From the IMG/VR virus record IMGVR_UViG_2667528045_000001: DNA of 14,927 nucleotides. One strand, given 5' to 3'. The stretch is from a virus (Duplodnaviria; Heunggongvirae; Uroviricota; Caudoviricetes). A program made the position numbers and the translations under genes. The notes below the pieces were generated by a model that had not been told where the DNA came from, made no database searches, and was given only the letters and a program-made list of their open reading frames with translations. Of the stretch, positions 7,146 through 14,927 are shown in pieces. Positions within the stretch are counted from its first letter, which is position 1; the number at the start of each line of letters is the position of its first letter.

Positions 7146-8045
7146 ATGTCCCAAGAATTATCTTTAACCTTTACCGAAAACATATATTATTCAACTAAAG
7201 AACCTGTAAGCATCAAAGATGTGATTACCTCCCTTCAAGGGTGGGAGGCCATCGCAAAACAATCAGAAGGTGTTTTGCAGGAACTGACAGGGGCTAATAT
7301 CCTTGATATATCGGTGCATGTTGCGCGATTAGAAGCAGGAAGCCTTTATGAAGATATTGTTATTAAACTCCTCTTTGGTAGCCAAGAAGAAATGGACAAG
7401 TTTCTTGCTGGCGCTCATGCAAAGATCGGAAATGGGAAAATGAGAAACGCTCTCGTTGGTGCTGTTGTTATTGGTCTGGTTGGATATGGCTTAGTTCTAG
7501 CAACTAAGGCTATGGCTCCAAGCAACACCTCCCACTTTGAAGCAAATAACAATACAATCATCAATATTGGTGCCGGTGAGGCTAATATTTCACCTGACCG
7601 TCTTCAAGCAATCATAGAAAGCACGGTAACCAATAAGAAGACTCTTGCCAAAAGTTCCATTAAGACGCTTGCCCCAGCTAGGGCAGACGAAGGATCTACG
7701 ATGGTCATAGGTACAGGGGGTGGTACAGTGACCATTCCCGCTGAAACCATTAAAAAAGCCCCAACTGAAGTTGTCTTCACACCAGAGTCATATACTCAGG
7801 ATCATTTTGATGTTGATGTTGAAATCCGTGCATTAGACCTCGACAATCCAGAGAAAGGTTGGGCTGCTGTTATCCCTGGATTAATAGATCGAAGAGTAAA
7901 TATGGTTCTTGGCCCCAACGTAAACCCATCAGATTTTGCAGGTAAATTTTCTGTACGTGCTGATATAACAATAACGTACCAGCTCAAATCATCAGATAAA
8001 AAATACCAACCGAAAGAAGTCTTTATAAAAGAAATAATCAAATAA
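7146..8045 (+). CDS. Unrecognised 299-aa protein with one central transmembrane helix in the rexAB-equivalent slot; candidate prophage-encoded exclusion/defence protein
   Basis: Long uninterrupted ORF with GAGGG RBS, co-oriented with and immediately downstream of cI, followed by a terminator; hydrophobic segment NALVGAVVIGLVGYGLVLATKAMA; AT-rich relative to the lambda-like neighbours; no match to any protein I recognise. Confidence 0.8.
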   Translation: MSQELSLTFTENIYYSTKEPVSIKDVITSLQGWEAIAKQSEGVLQELTGANILDISVHVARLEAGSLYEDIVIKLLFGSQEEMDKFLAGAHAKIGNGKMRNALVGAVVIGLVGYGLVLATKAMAPSNTSHFEANNNTIINIGAGEANISPDRLQAIIESTVTNKKTLAKSSIKTLAPARADEGSTMVIGTGGGTVTIPAETIKKAPTEVVFTPESYTQDHFDVDVEIRALDLDNPEKGWAAVIPGLIDRRVNMVLGPNVNPSDFAGKFSVRADITITYQLKSSDKKYQPKEVFIKEIIK

Positions 8046-8051
8046 TTATAC

Positions 8052-8077
8052 CCGGCCTCAGCGCCGGTTTTTCTTTT
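8052..8077 (+). terminator. Rho-independent terminator ending the cI operon (tImm-like)
   Basis: Stem ccggc (8052-8056) / gccgg (8063-8067) followed by tttttctttt. Confidence 0.6.
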
Positions 8078-8239
8078 CCTCACGATCGTCTACCTTATTT
8101 AACATCCGCACATGTGCTAACCCACGAACTAACACGCCAGCAAACAATTCTTTCTCTCCTACTGACCAATCTTCAATCTTTACAAAAATAAATTCCTTTA
8201 CATATCAAAAACATATCTCATTAAGTTAATGAACCACAA

Positions 8240-8295
8240 ACAATTCGTACTTATAGTTCTTGATAATATCGAACTATTGGTTCATTATAATCGCC
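8240..8295 (+). promoter_or_regulatory. OL/PL region: candidate -35 TTGATA (8260-8265) and -10 CATTAT (8283-8288); operator-like dyads cgtacttatagtt (8246-8258) and aactattggtt (8271-8281)
   Basis: Same ACT-N3-AGT dyad pattern as in OR; located upstream of nutL and N. Confidence 0.5.
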
Positions 8296-8335
8296 ATCAG
8301 CAGGACGCTGGCAGCCAAACGGAACAGATTGGCAG

Positions 8336-8369
8336 GCTCTTTAACTTCGATGATGCGCTGACAAAGCGC
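8336..8369 (+). promoter_or_regulatory. nutL: boxA GCTCTTTAA (8336-8344) and boxB hairpin GCGCTGACAAAGCGC (8355-8369)
   Basis: Read directly; boxB is a perfect 5-bp stem with a 5-nt loop and matches the remembered P22 nutL boxB. Confidence 0.75.
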
Positions 8370-8487
8370 GAACAGATACCAAACGAGATGGGTTTGGGGT
8401 GATGTGAATTGCAGCAGTAACGACAGCAACCAGAAGATCAGCATCTGGCGCATCACCACCAAAGCCATTTCACATGAGGAAAACATC

Positions 8488-8796
8488 ATGACGGTAATCG
8501 TGTACGGAAAATCAACATTTGCAGGAAATGCCAAAACTCGCCGTCATGAGCGGCGCAGAAAGCTGGCCATCGAGCGTGATTCCATCTGCAACATCATCGA
8601 TTCGATCTTCGGCACAGACAGTGAGGAACCTGTTCAGGAAGACCCGAGAAAGCGGTTAAGCCTTTCTGAAAAAGCAATATCACTCGGAAGCCTTCGCTGC
8701 AAGAAAGTAGATGAATGCAGTGGAAGTGTTTGCCTGCCAAACGTAGCTATTTACGCGGCAGGCTACCGGAAATCAAAACAACTGACGGCGAGATGA
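8488..8796 (+). CDS. N: Antiterminator N, P22 gene-24 type, with arginine-rich motif
   Basis: Translation from MTVIVYGKSTFAGNAKTRRHERRRKLAIERD matches the remembered P22 N; GAGGA RBS at 8476-8480; lies downstream of nutL. Confidence 0.85.
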   Translation: MTVIVYGKSTFAGNAKTRRHERRRKLAIERDSICNIIDSIFGTDSEEPVQEDPRKRLSLSEKAISLGSLRCKKVDECSGSVCLPNVAIYAAGYRKSKQLTAR

Positions 8797-8812
8797 TAAA
8801 TTCATTTGCTAA

Positions 8813-9394
8813 TTACTTGTTTTTGTCATGCTTATCCTGAGCGATAAGTTCATCCATAAGACTGTCTTTCTTCCCAGCAAACCTAATGTAGCACTCATTT
8901 CTATAGCGTTCCGGGATAACAAAACGGTCGATTTCAGGATATCCAGTAGCAGAAGGTACCCGAATAAGAAGCCCTTTTTCGAGCAATGAGATTGCTTCAG
9001 GGCTTCCCTTTTCTGTCTTTAGCTGGTTATTAGCGGCTACAGCGAATGCCAAATACGCTCTTTCTCCAAGAGTTAACGAATCAAACAAATCTTGCACGTA
9101 TTTCTCTTCTTTAGATTTGCGCTTCTGAGCAGCGAATATCTCAATTCTTACAGTCACAGCGTGATAAGCGGAATTAACAACGCCGTTAAGCACATAGCTA
9201 ACGCAAAACAACAGGATGTAATACATCCAGTAATGAGGAAGGATTTCTGGATTATGCAGGTTTATCCATTCTTTTACGCTTACAGGCATAACAATAATCA
9301 ATATGATCAGGATGATTAGCATATGAATCAACTGTTTAAGTGTCATTCCTTGCAGGAAAAAATGCATTAGTTCCTGCCACCATGAGTTGTTCAT
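8813..9394 (-). CDS. sieB: SieB-like superinfection exclusion membrane protein
   Basis: Two N-terminal hydrophobic helices and a C-terminal region (FAAQKRKSKEEK...RVPSATGYPEIDRFVIPERYRNECYIRFAGK) that fits my recollection of the SieB family; convergent with N. Confidence 0.55.
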   Translation of the reverse strand: MNNSWWQELMHFFLQGMTLKQLIHMLIILIILIIVMPVSVKEWINLHNPEILPHYWMYYILLFCVSYVLNGVVNSAYHAVTVRIEIFAAQKRKSKEEKYVQDLFDSLTLGERAYLAFAVAANNQLKTEKGSPEAISLLEKGLLIRVPSATGYPEIDRFVIPERYRNECYIRFAGKKDSLMDELIAQDKHDKNK

Positions 9395-9608
9395 CGGCGT
9401 TTCTCTTTTGCTCTCTGTAGGGGTGAATAGAGTTTATCCGATTTCTCGCTGTAGGGGTACACGAGAACCACCGAGCCTGATGTGGTTAAAAGACAGGCAT
9501 ACTAATAAACACTGCACTGTGTATTCATTCCAACGAGTGAATACACTGAGCAATGTCGCTCGTAACTAAACAGGAGCCGACTTGTTCTGATTATTGGAAA
9601 TCTTCTTT

Positions 9609-9634
9609 GCCCTCCAATGTGAGGGCGATTTTTT
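9609..9634 (+). terminator. Rho-independent terminator in the PL operon upstream of ea10 (tL-like)
   Basis: Stem gccctc (9609-9614) / gagggc (9621-9626) followed by tttttt (9629-9634). Confidence 0.5.
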
Positions 9635-9654
9635 ATCTGTGAGGATATGAATAG

Positions 9655-10023
9655 ATGTCAAACATCAAAAAATACATCATTGATTACTACTGGAAAGCAT
9701 CAATAGAAATTGAAATCGACCATGACGTAATGACAGAGGAAAAACTTCACCAGATTAATAATTTCTGGTCAGACTCTGAATACCGACTCAATAAACACGG
9801 CTCTGTATTAAATGCTGTATTAATCATGCTGGCGCAACATGCTCTGCTTATAGCAATTTCAAGCGACTTAAATGCATATGGTGTTGTGTGTGAGTTCGAC
9901 TGGAATGATGGAAATGGTCAGGAAGGATGGCCTCCAATGGATGGTAGCGAAGGAATAAGAATTACCGATATCGATACATCAGGAATATTTGATTCAGATG
10001 ATATGACTATCAAAGCCGCCTGA
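9655..10023 (+). CDS. ea10: Ea10-like early protein (122 aa, acidic C-terminus)
   Basis: Length and the 73-nt spacing to cIII fit my recollection of lambda ea10; I cannot recall the protein sequence itself. Confidence 0.5.
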   Translation: MSNIKKYIIDYYWKASIEIEIDHDVMTEEKLHQINNFWSDSEYRLNKHGSVLNAVLIMLAQHALLIAISSDLNAYGVVCEFDWNDGNGQEGWPPMDGSEGIRITDIDTSGIFDSDDMTIKAA

Positions 10024-10095
10024 GCGCGGCGTTACCGCATACCAATAACGCTTCACTCGAGGCGTTTTTCGTTATGTATAAATAAGGAGCACACC

Positions 10096-10260
10096 ATGCA
10101 ATATGCCATTGCAGGGTGGCCTGTTGCTGGCTGCCCTTCCGAATCTTTACTTGAACGAATCACCCGTAAATTACGTGACGGATGGAAACGCCTTATCGAC
10201 ATACTTAATCAGCCAGGAGTCCCAAAAAATGGATCAAACACTTATGGCTATCCAGACTAA
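10096..10260 (+). CDS. cIII: CIII (FtsH inhibitor stabilising CII), 54 aa
   Basis: Below the ORF-track length cutoff; manual translation from ATG 10096 gives [54 protein letters not shown], matching remembered lambda CIII; AAGGAG RBS. Confidence 0.9.
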   Translation: MQYAIAGWPVAGCPSESLLERITRKLRDGWKRLIDILNQPGVPKNGSNTYGYPD

Positions 10261-10372
10261 ATTCACTATCGCCACTTTTATTGGCGATGAAAAGATGTTT
10301 CGTGAGGCCGTCGACGCTTATAAAAAATGGATATTAATACTGAAACTGAGATCAAGCAAAAGCATTCACTAA
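10229..10372 (+). CDS. kil: Kil (host cell-division inhibitor), 47 aa
   Basis: [47 protein letters not shown] matches remembered lambda Kil; 32-nt overlap with cIII as in lambda. Confidence 0.85.
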   Translation: MDQTLMAIQTKFTIATFIGDEKMFREAVDAYKKWILILKLRSSKSIH

Positions 10373-10743
10373 CCCCCTTTCCTGTTTTCCTAATCAGCCC
10401 GGCATTTCGCGGGCGATATTTTCACAGCTATTTCAGGAGTTCAGCCATGAACGCTTATTACATTCAGGATCGTCTTGAGGCTCAGAGCTGGGCGCGTCAC
10501 TACCAGCAGATCGCCCGTGAAGAGAAAGAGGCAGAACTGGCAGACGACATGGAAAAAGGCCTGCCCCAGCACCTGTTTGAATCGCTATGCATCGATCATT
10601 TGCAACGCCACGGGGCCAGCAAAAAAGCCATTACCCGTGCGTTTGATGACGATGTTGAGTTTCAGGAGCGCATGGCAGAACACATCCGGTACATGGTTGA
10701 AACCATTGCTCACCACCAGGTTGATATTGATTCAGAGGTATAA
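10327..10743 (+). CDS. gam: Gam (RecBCD inhibitor)
   Basis: 138-aa translation matches remembered lambda Gam. Confidence 0.95.
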   Translation: MDINTETEIKQKHSLTPFPVFLISPAFRGRYFHSYFRSSAMNAYYIQDRLEAQSWARHYQQIAREEKEAELADDMEKGLPQHLFESLCIDHLQRHGASKKAITRAFDDDVEFQERMAEHIRYMVETIAHHQVDIDSEV

Positions 10744-10748
10744 AACGG

Positions 10749-11534
10749 ATGAGTACAGCACTCGCAACGCTGGCAGGGAAGCTGGCTGAACGTGTCGGCA
10801 TGGATTCTGTCGACCCACAGGAACTGATCACCACTCTTCGCCAGACGGCATTTAAAGGTGATGCCAGCGATGCGCAGTTCATCGCATTGTTGATCGTCGC
10901 CAACCAGTACGGCCTTAATCCGTGGACGAAAGAAATTTACGCCTTCCCTGATAAGCAGAACGGCATCGTTCCGGTGGTGGGCGTTGATGGCTGGTCCCGC
11001 ATCATCAATGAAAACCAGCAGTTTGATGGCATGGACTTTGAGCAGGACAATGAATCCTGTACATGCCGGATTTACCGCAAGGACCGTAATCATCCGATCT
11101 GCGTTACCGAATGGATGGATGAATGCCGCCGCGAACCATTCAAAACTCGCGAAGGCAGAGAAATCACGGGGCCGTGGCAGTCGCATCCCAAACGGATGTT
11201 ACGGCATAAAGCCATGATTCAGTGTGCCCGTCTCGCCTTCGGATTTGCTGGTATCTATGACAAGGATGAAGCCGAGCGCATTGTCGAAAATACCGCATAC
11301 ACTGCAGAACGTCAGCCGGAACGCGACATCACTCCGGTTAACGATGAAACCATGCAGGAGATTAACACTCTGCTGATCGCCCTGGATAAAACATGGGATG
11401 ACGACTTATTGCCGCTCTGTTCCCAGATATTTCGCCGCGACATTCGTGCATCGTCAGAACTGACACAGGACGAAGCAGTGAAAGCTCTTGGATTCCTGAA
11501 ACAAAAAGCCACTGAACAGAAGGTGGCAGCATGA
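10749..11534 (+). CDS. bet: Bet single-strand annealing protein (Red beta)
   Basis: 261-aa translation matches remembered lambda Bet. Confidence 0.95.
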   Translation: MSTALATLAGKLAERVGMDSVDPQELITTLRQTAFKGDASDAQFIALLIVANQYGLNPWTKEIYAFPDKQNGIVPVVGVDGWSRIINENQQFDGMDFEQDNESCTCRIYRKDRNHPICVTEWMDECRREPFKTREGREITGPWQSHPKRMLRHKAMIQCARLAFGFAGIYDKDEAERIVENTAYTAERQPERDITPVNDETMQEINTLLIALDKTWDDDLLPLCSQIFRRDIRASSELTQDEAVKALGFLKQKATEQKVAA

Positions 11535-12211
11535 CACCGGACATTATCCTGCAGCGTACCGGGATCGACGTGAGAGCTATCGAGCAGGGAGATGATGCGT
11601 GGCACAAATTACGGCTCGGCGTCATCACCGCTTCACAAGTTCACAACGTGATAGCAAAGCCCCGCTCAGGAAAGAAGTGGCCTGACATGAAAATGTCCTA
11701 CTTCCACACCCTGCTGGCTGAGGTTTGCACCGGTGTGGCTCCGGAAGTTAATGCTAAGGCGCTGGCCTGGGGAAAACAGTACGAGAACGACGCCAGAACT
11801 CTGTTTGAATTCACTTCCGGCGTGAATGTTACTGAATCCCCGATCATCTATCGCGACGAAAGTATGCGCACCGCCTGCTCTCCCGATGGTTTATGCAGTG
11901 ACGGCAATGGCCTTGAGCTGAAATGCCCGTTTACCTCCCGGGATTTCATGAAGTTCCGGCTCGGTGGTTTCGAGGCCATAAAGTCGGCTTACATGGCCCA
12001 GGTGCAGTACAGCATGTGGGTGACACGAAAAGATGCCTGGTACTTTGCCAACTATGACCCGCGTATGAAGCGTGAAGGACTGCATTATGTCGTGGTTGAG
12101 CGGGATGAAAAGTACATGGCGAGTTTTGACGAGATGGTGCCGGAGTTCATCGAAAAAATGGACGAGGCACTGGCTGAAATTGGTTTTGTATTTGGGGAGC
12201 AATGGCGATGA
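11531..12211 (+). CDS. exo: Lambda exonuclease (Red alpha)
   Basis: 226-aa translation matches remembered lambda Exo; ATGA overlap with bet. Confidence 0.95.
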   Translation: MTPDIILQRTGIDVRAIEQGDDAWHKLRLGVITASQVHNVIAKPRSGKKWPDMKMSYFHTLLAEVCTGVAPEVNAKALAWGKQYENDARTLFEFTSGVNVTESPIIYRDESMRTACSPDGLCSDGNGLELKCPFTSRDFMKFRLGGFEAIKSAYMAQVQYSMWVTRKDAWYFANYDPRMKREGLHYVVVERDEKYMASFDEMVPEFIEKMDEALAEIGFVFGEQWR

Positions 12212-12390
12212 CGCATCCTCACGATAATATCCGGGTAGGCGCGATCACTTTCGTCTACTCCGTTACAAAGCGAGGCTGGGTATTTCCCGGCCTTTCTGTT
12301 ATCCAAAATCCACTGAAAGCCCAGCGGCTGGCTGAGGAGATAAATAATAAACGAGGGGCTGTATGCACAAAGCATCTCCTGTTGAGTTAA
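12208..12390 (+). CDS. Lambda orf60a-like small protein
   Basis: 60-aa translation [28 protein letters not shown]... matches my recollection of lambda orf60a; overlaps the exo stop. Confidence 0.7.
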   Translation: MTHPHDNIRVGAITFVYSVTKRGWVFPGLSVIQNPLKAQRLAEEINNKRGAVCTKHLLLS

Positions 12391-12554
12391 GAACGAGCAT
12401 TGAGATGGCACATAGCCTTGCTCAAATTGGAGTCAGGTTTGTGCCAATACCAGCAGAAACAGACGAAGAATTTCATACGTTAGCCGCATCCCTTTCACAA
12501 AAGCTGGAAATGATGGCGGCGAAAGCAGAGGCAAACGAGAGAGAGCTTGCATGA
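12363..12554 (+). CDS. Lambda orf63-like small protein
   Basis: 63-aa ORF in the expected position after orf60a. Confidence 0.65.
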   Translation: MHKASPVELRTSIEMAHSLAQIGVRFVPIPAETDEEFHTLAASLSQKLEMMAAKAEANERELA

Positions 12555-12631
12555 CAACAACAGAATGCATTTTTCTGGCGGCGGGCTTCATATTCTGTGT
12601 GCTTATGCTTTCCGGCATGGGGCTTGTTCAG

Positions 12632-12846
12632 TGACACCTCAGCAGAAAAACGCCCTTCGCAGCATTGCCCGTCAAGCTAACTCTGAAATCAAAAAAGCCA
12701 GACAGCAGTTTCCGGATAAAAACGTCGATGACATTTGCCGTAGCGTACTGAAGAAGCACCGCGAAACGGTAACGCTGATGGGATTCACACCGACTCATTT
12801 AAGCCTGGCGATCGGCATGTTAAACGGCGTCTTTAAGGAGCGATGA
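12632..12846 (+). CDS. Lambda orf61-like small protein; start uncertain (GTG at 12632, or TTG at 12547 as in the ORF track)
   Basis: C-terminal 61 residues fit my recollection of lambda orf61; start codon not resolved. Confidence 0.45.
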
Positions 12847-12944
12847 ACATGAAAAGCAAAATCATCAGGGAGCTACAGGCTCCTTTTTTATTATTCGCAT
12901 TCACCCTCAAGCGTATTAACCAACAATTCAGGGATTAATGGAAG

Positions 12945-13163
12945 ATGGCAGACATCATTGATTCAGCATCAGAAATCGAAGAATTACAGCGCAATACAGC
13001 AATAAAAATGCGTCGTCTGAACTACCAGACTGTATCTGCCACTCATTGTTGTGAGTGTGGCGATCCGATAGATGAGCGAAGACGCCTGGTCGTTCAGGGT
13101 TGTCGGACTTGTGCAAGTTGCCAGGAGGAGATCGAACTTAAGAACAAACAATGGGGATTGTGA
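12945..13163 (+). CDS. TraR/DksA-family C4 zinc-finger protein
   Basis: Two CxxC pairs (CCECGDPIDERRR...GCRTCASCQ) in a 72-aa protein; GGAAGATG RBS. Confidence 0.75.
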   Translation: MADIIDSASEIEELQRNTAIKMRRLNYQTVSATHCCECGDPIDERRRLVVQGCRTCASCQEEIELKNKQWGL

Positions 13164-13210
13164 TGGCCTCAAAGCAGCAAATTTCAACATCGTCCAACTG
13201 AGGTGTAAAA

Positions 13211-13450
13211 ATGCTCAGAATCATTTTTCCTAACACCTGGTACGTCGACCACCACGGCACTCCCTGCAAAATCCTGCGTTCTACCTACAACAAAGTTCAC
13301 TACATCCGAAAAGGCAGAACATGTATCGCCAGCATGTTCCGCTTTAATCATGACTTTGAACCTGTGAATAAAGCTGATGCAGATCGGATAGCAGAAGAGA
13401 TCGAAACGGCAGAACACATTAAGAAGTTACGTGCCATACGCAGGAAATAG
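13211..13450 (+). CDS. Hypothetical small protein upstream of xis
   Basis: 79-aa ORF co-oriented with the operon; no recognisable motif. Confidence 0.45.
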   Translation: MLRIIFPNTWYVDHHGTPCKILRSTYNKVHYIRKGRTCIASMFRFNHDFEPVNKADADRIAEEIETAEHIKKLRAIRRK

Positions 13451-13589
13451 AAAAATTGATAAATTCAATACTGCATTTCTCAGCATTAAATTTATCTCTA
13501 TGACCAGTCAAGAGATGTACCTGCCATGAGCTTAATATCATGTCAGATATATCGGTCACAAACTCCCTCAGCAGCTAAGAGGAGGACAA

Positions 13590-13826
13590 ATGTCTCGACT
13601 AATCACTTTACAGGACTGGGCTAAAGAAGAATTTGGGGACTTAGCACCAAGTGAGCGAGTTCTGAAAAAATACGCGCAAGGGAAAATGATGGCCCCACCC
13701 GCTATAAAAGTTGGTCGCTACTGGATGATTGACCGAAATTCCCGTTTTGTAGGAACGCTTGCAGAACCGCAACTCCCAATAAACGCAAACCCAAAACTCC
13801 AACGGATAATCGCTGATGGCTGCTAG
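13590..13826 (+). CDS. xis: Excisionase-like protein
   Basis: Small protein immediately upstream of and overlapping int by 11 nt; resembles what I recall of Rac-type excisionase; strong AAGAGGAGG RBS. Confidence 0.65.
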   Translation: MSRLITLQDWAKEEFGDLAPSERVLKKYAQGKMMAPPAIKVGRYWMIDRNSRFVGTLAEPQLPINANPKLQRIIADGC

Positions 13827-14865
13827 ACCCCGATCTCACAAAATCTCTATACCCAATTTATATTGCAAATTAGATAAGCGAACCGGAAAGGTATATTGGC
13901 AATACAAACATCCACTATCCGGTCGTTTTCATAGCTTAGGAACTGATGAGAATGAAGCAAAACAAGTTGCTACTGAAGCAAATACCATTATTGCTGAACA
14001 ACGTACCCGACAAATATTAAGCGTCAATGAGCGTCTGGAAAGAATGAAAGGCAGGCGCTCAGAAATTACGGTGACAGAATGGCTTGATAAATATATTTCT
14101 ATCCAGGAGGACAGGCTGCAACATAATGAACTAAGACCCAACTCCTATCGGCAAAAAGGCAAACCCATTCGTCTTTTCCGTGAGCATTGTGGAATGCAAC
14201 ACCTCAAGGATATTACCGCACTTGATATTGCCGAAATAATTGATGCTGTAAAGGCTGAAGGTCATAACAGGATGGCGCAAGTCGTGAGAATGGTGTTGAT
14301 CGACGTCTTCAAAGAAGCACAACACGCAGGACATGTTCCGCCAGGATTTAACCCAGCGCAGGCAACAAAACAACCGCGAAATCGAGTAAACCGCCAAAGA
14401 TTGTCACTGCCCGAATGGCAGGCAATATTTGAAAGCGTAAGCAGACGGCAGCCCTATTTAAAATGCGGCATGCTACTTGCTCTTGTTACTGGACAACGTT
14501 TAGGTGATATCTGCAATTTGAAATTCTCTGATATCTGGGACGACATGTTGCACATTACTCAGGAAAAAACCGGTTCAAAACTTGCTATTCCGCTTAACCT
14601 GAAATGCGATGCTCTGAATATTACCCTTCGTGAAGTTATATCTCAGTGCAGGGATGCTGTTGTTAGTAAATATCTGGTCCATTACCGTCACACTACCTCT
14701 CAAGCAAACAGAGGAGACCAGGTTTCTGCAAATACTCTGACAACGGCTTTTAAAAAGGCCAGGGAAAAATGTGGCATAAAATGGGAGCAAGGAACTGCGC
14801 CCACATTTCATGAGCAGCGATCTCTGTCAGAACGGTTATATCGGGAACAGGTAAGCGTAAACTGA
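13816..14865 (+). pseudogene. int: Tyrosine integrase of the lambda Int family, apparently truncated at the 3' end and lacking the catalytic Tyr region
   Basis: Aligns by eye to lambda Int through the R, K and H-x-x-R catalytic residues (VTGQRLGDI, EKTGSKLAIP, FHEQRSLSERLY) but stops at ...YREQVSVN, before the HKSD...Y segment; the other two frames downstream do not continue the homology. Confidence 0.7.
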
Positions 14866-14927
14866 CCGCCGTATGTAGCCATCAGACGAGAATTGGTAAC
14901 TTAGACGCCCATCTGATATAGACGGAC

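Noticed and set aside
7802-8083. 93-aa minus-strand ORF
   Set aside because: Antisense to the 3' end of the 299-aa gene and running through its terminator; no RBS.
8404-8487. Upstream extension of the N ORF (MNCSSNDSNQ...) given in the ORF track
   Set aside because: It would begin upstream within the nutL leader; the internal ATG at 8488 has a GAGGA RBS and gives the MTVIVYGKSTFAGNAKTRRHERRR N-terminus expected for N.
8274-8534. 86-aa hydrophobic minus-strand ORF
   Set aside because: Overlaps the PL/nutL leader (boxA, boxB) and the N start on the opposite strand; the region is better explained as regulatory.
9387-9569. 60-aa plus-strand ORF
   Set aside because: Lies in the sieB upstream regulatory region with its repeats and palindrome; no RBS; considered as a possible ral homologue but the translation does not resemble Ral.
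10103-10228. N-terminal part of the 89-aa ORF 10103-10372
   Set aside because: This stretch is an out-of-frame read across cIII; the real genes are cIII (10096-10260, a different frame) and kil starting at the internal ATG 10229.
10631-11186. Minus-strand ORFs of 90 and 158 aa
   Set aside because: Antisense to gam and bet, which are essentially identical to lambda; shadow ORFs.

Overview
This window is the early/immunity half of a lambda-like (lambdoid) prophage, recognised by reading the ORF translations against remembered lambda/P22 protein sequences; no database search was run. The minus strand carries the rightward operon: cro, cII, O (with the ori iterons inside it), P, ren, tR2, ninB, a Dam-like adenine methyltransferase, ninE-like, rusA and a Q antiterminator followed by a tR'-like terminator. 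The plus strand carries cI, an unrecognised 299-aa membrane protein, a terminator, OL/PL, nutL, a P22-type N, then ea10, cIII, kil, gam, bet, exo, orf60a, orf63, a TraR-like zinc finger, xis and int; a sieB-like gene lies antisense to this operon. The prophage looks defective: nothing follows tR' except a convergent lipocalin gene and an IS2 end, and int stops before its catalytic tyrosine. The main lead for an undescribed system is the 299-aa gene at 7146-8045, which sits in the slot lambda uses for rexAB, is AT-rich, and has a single central transmembrane helix.
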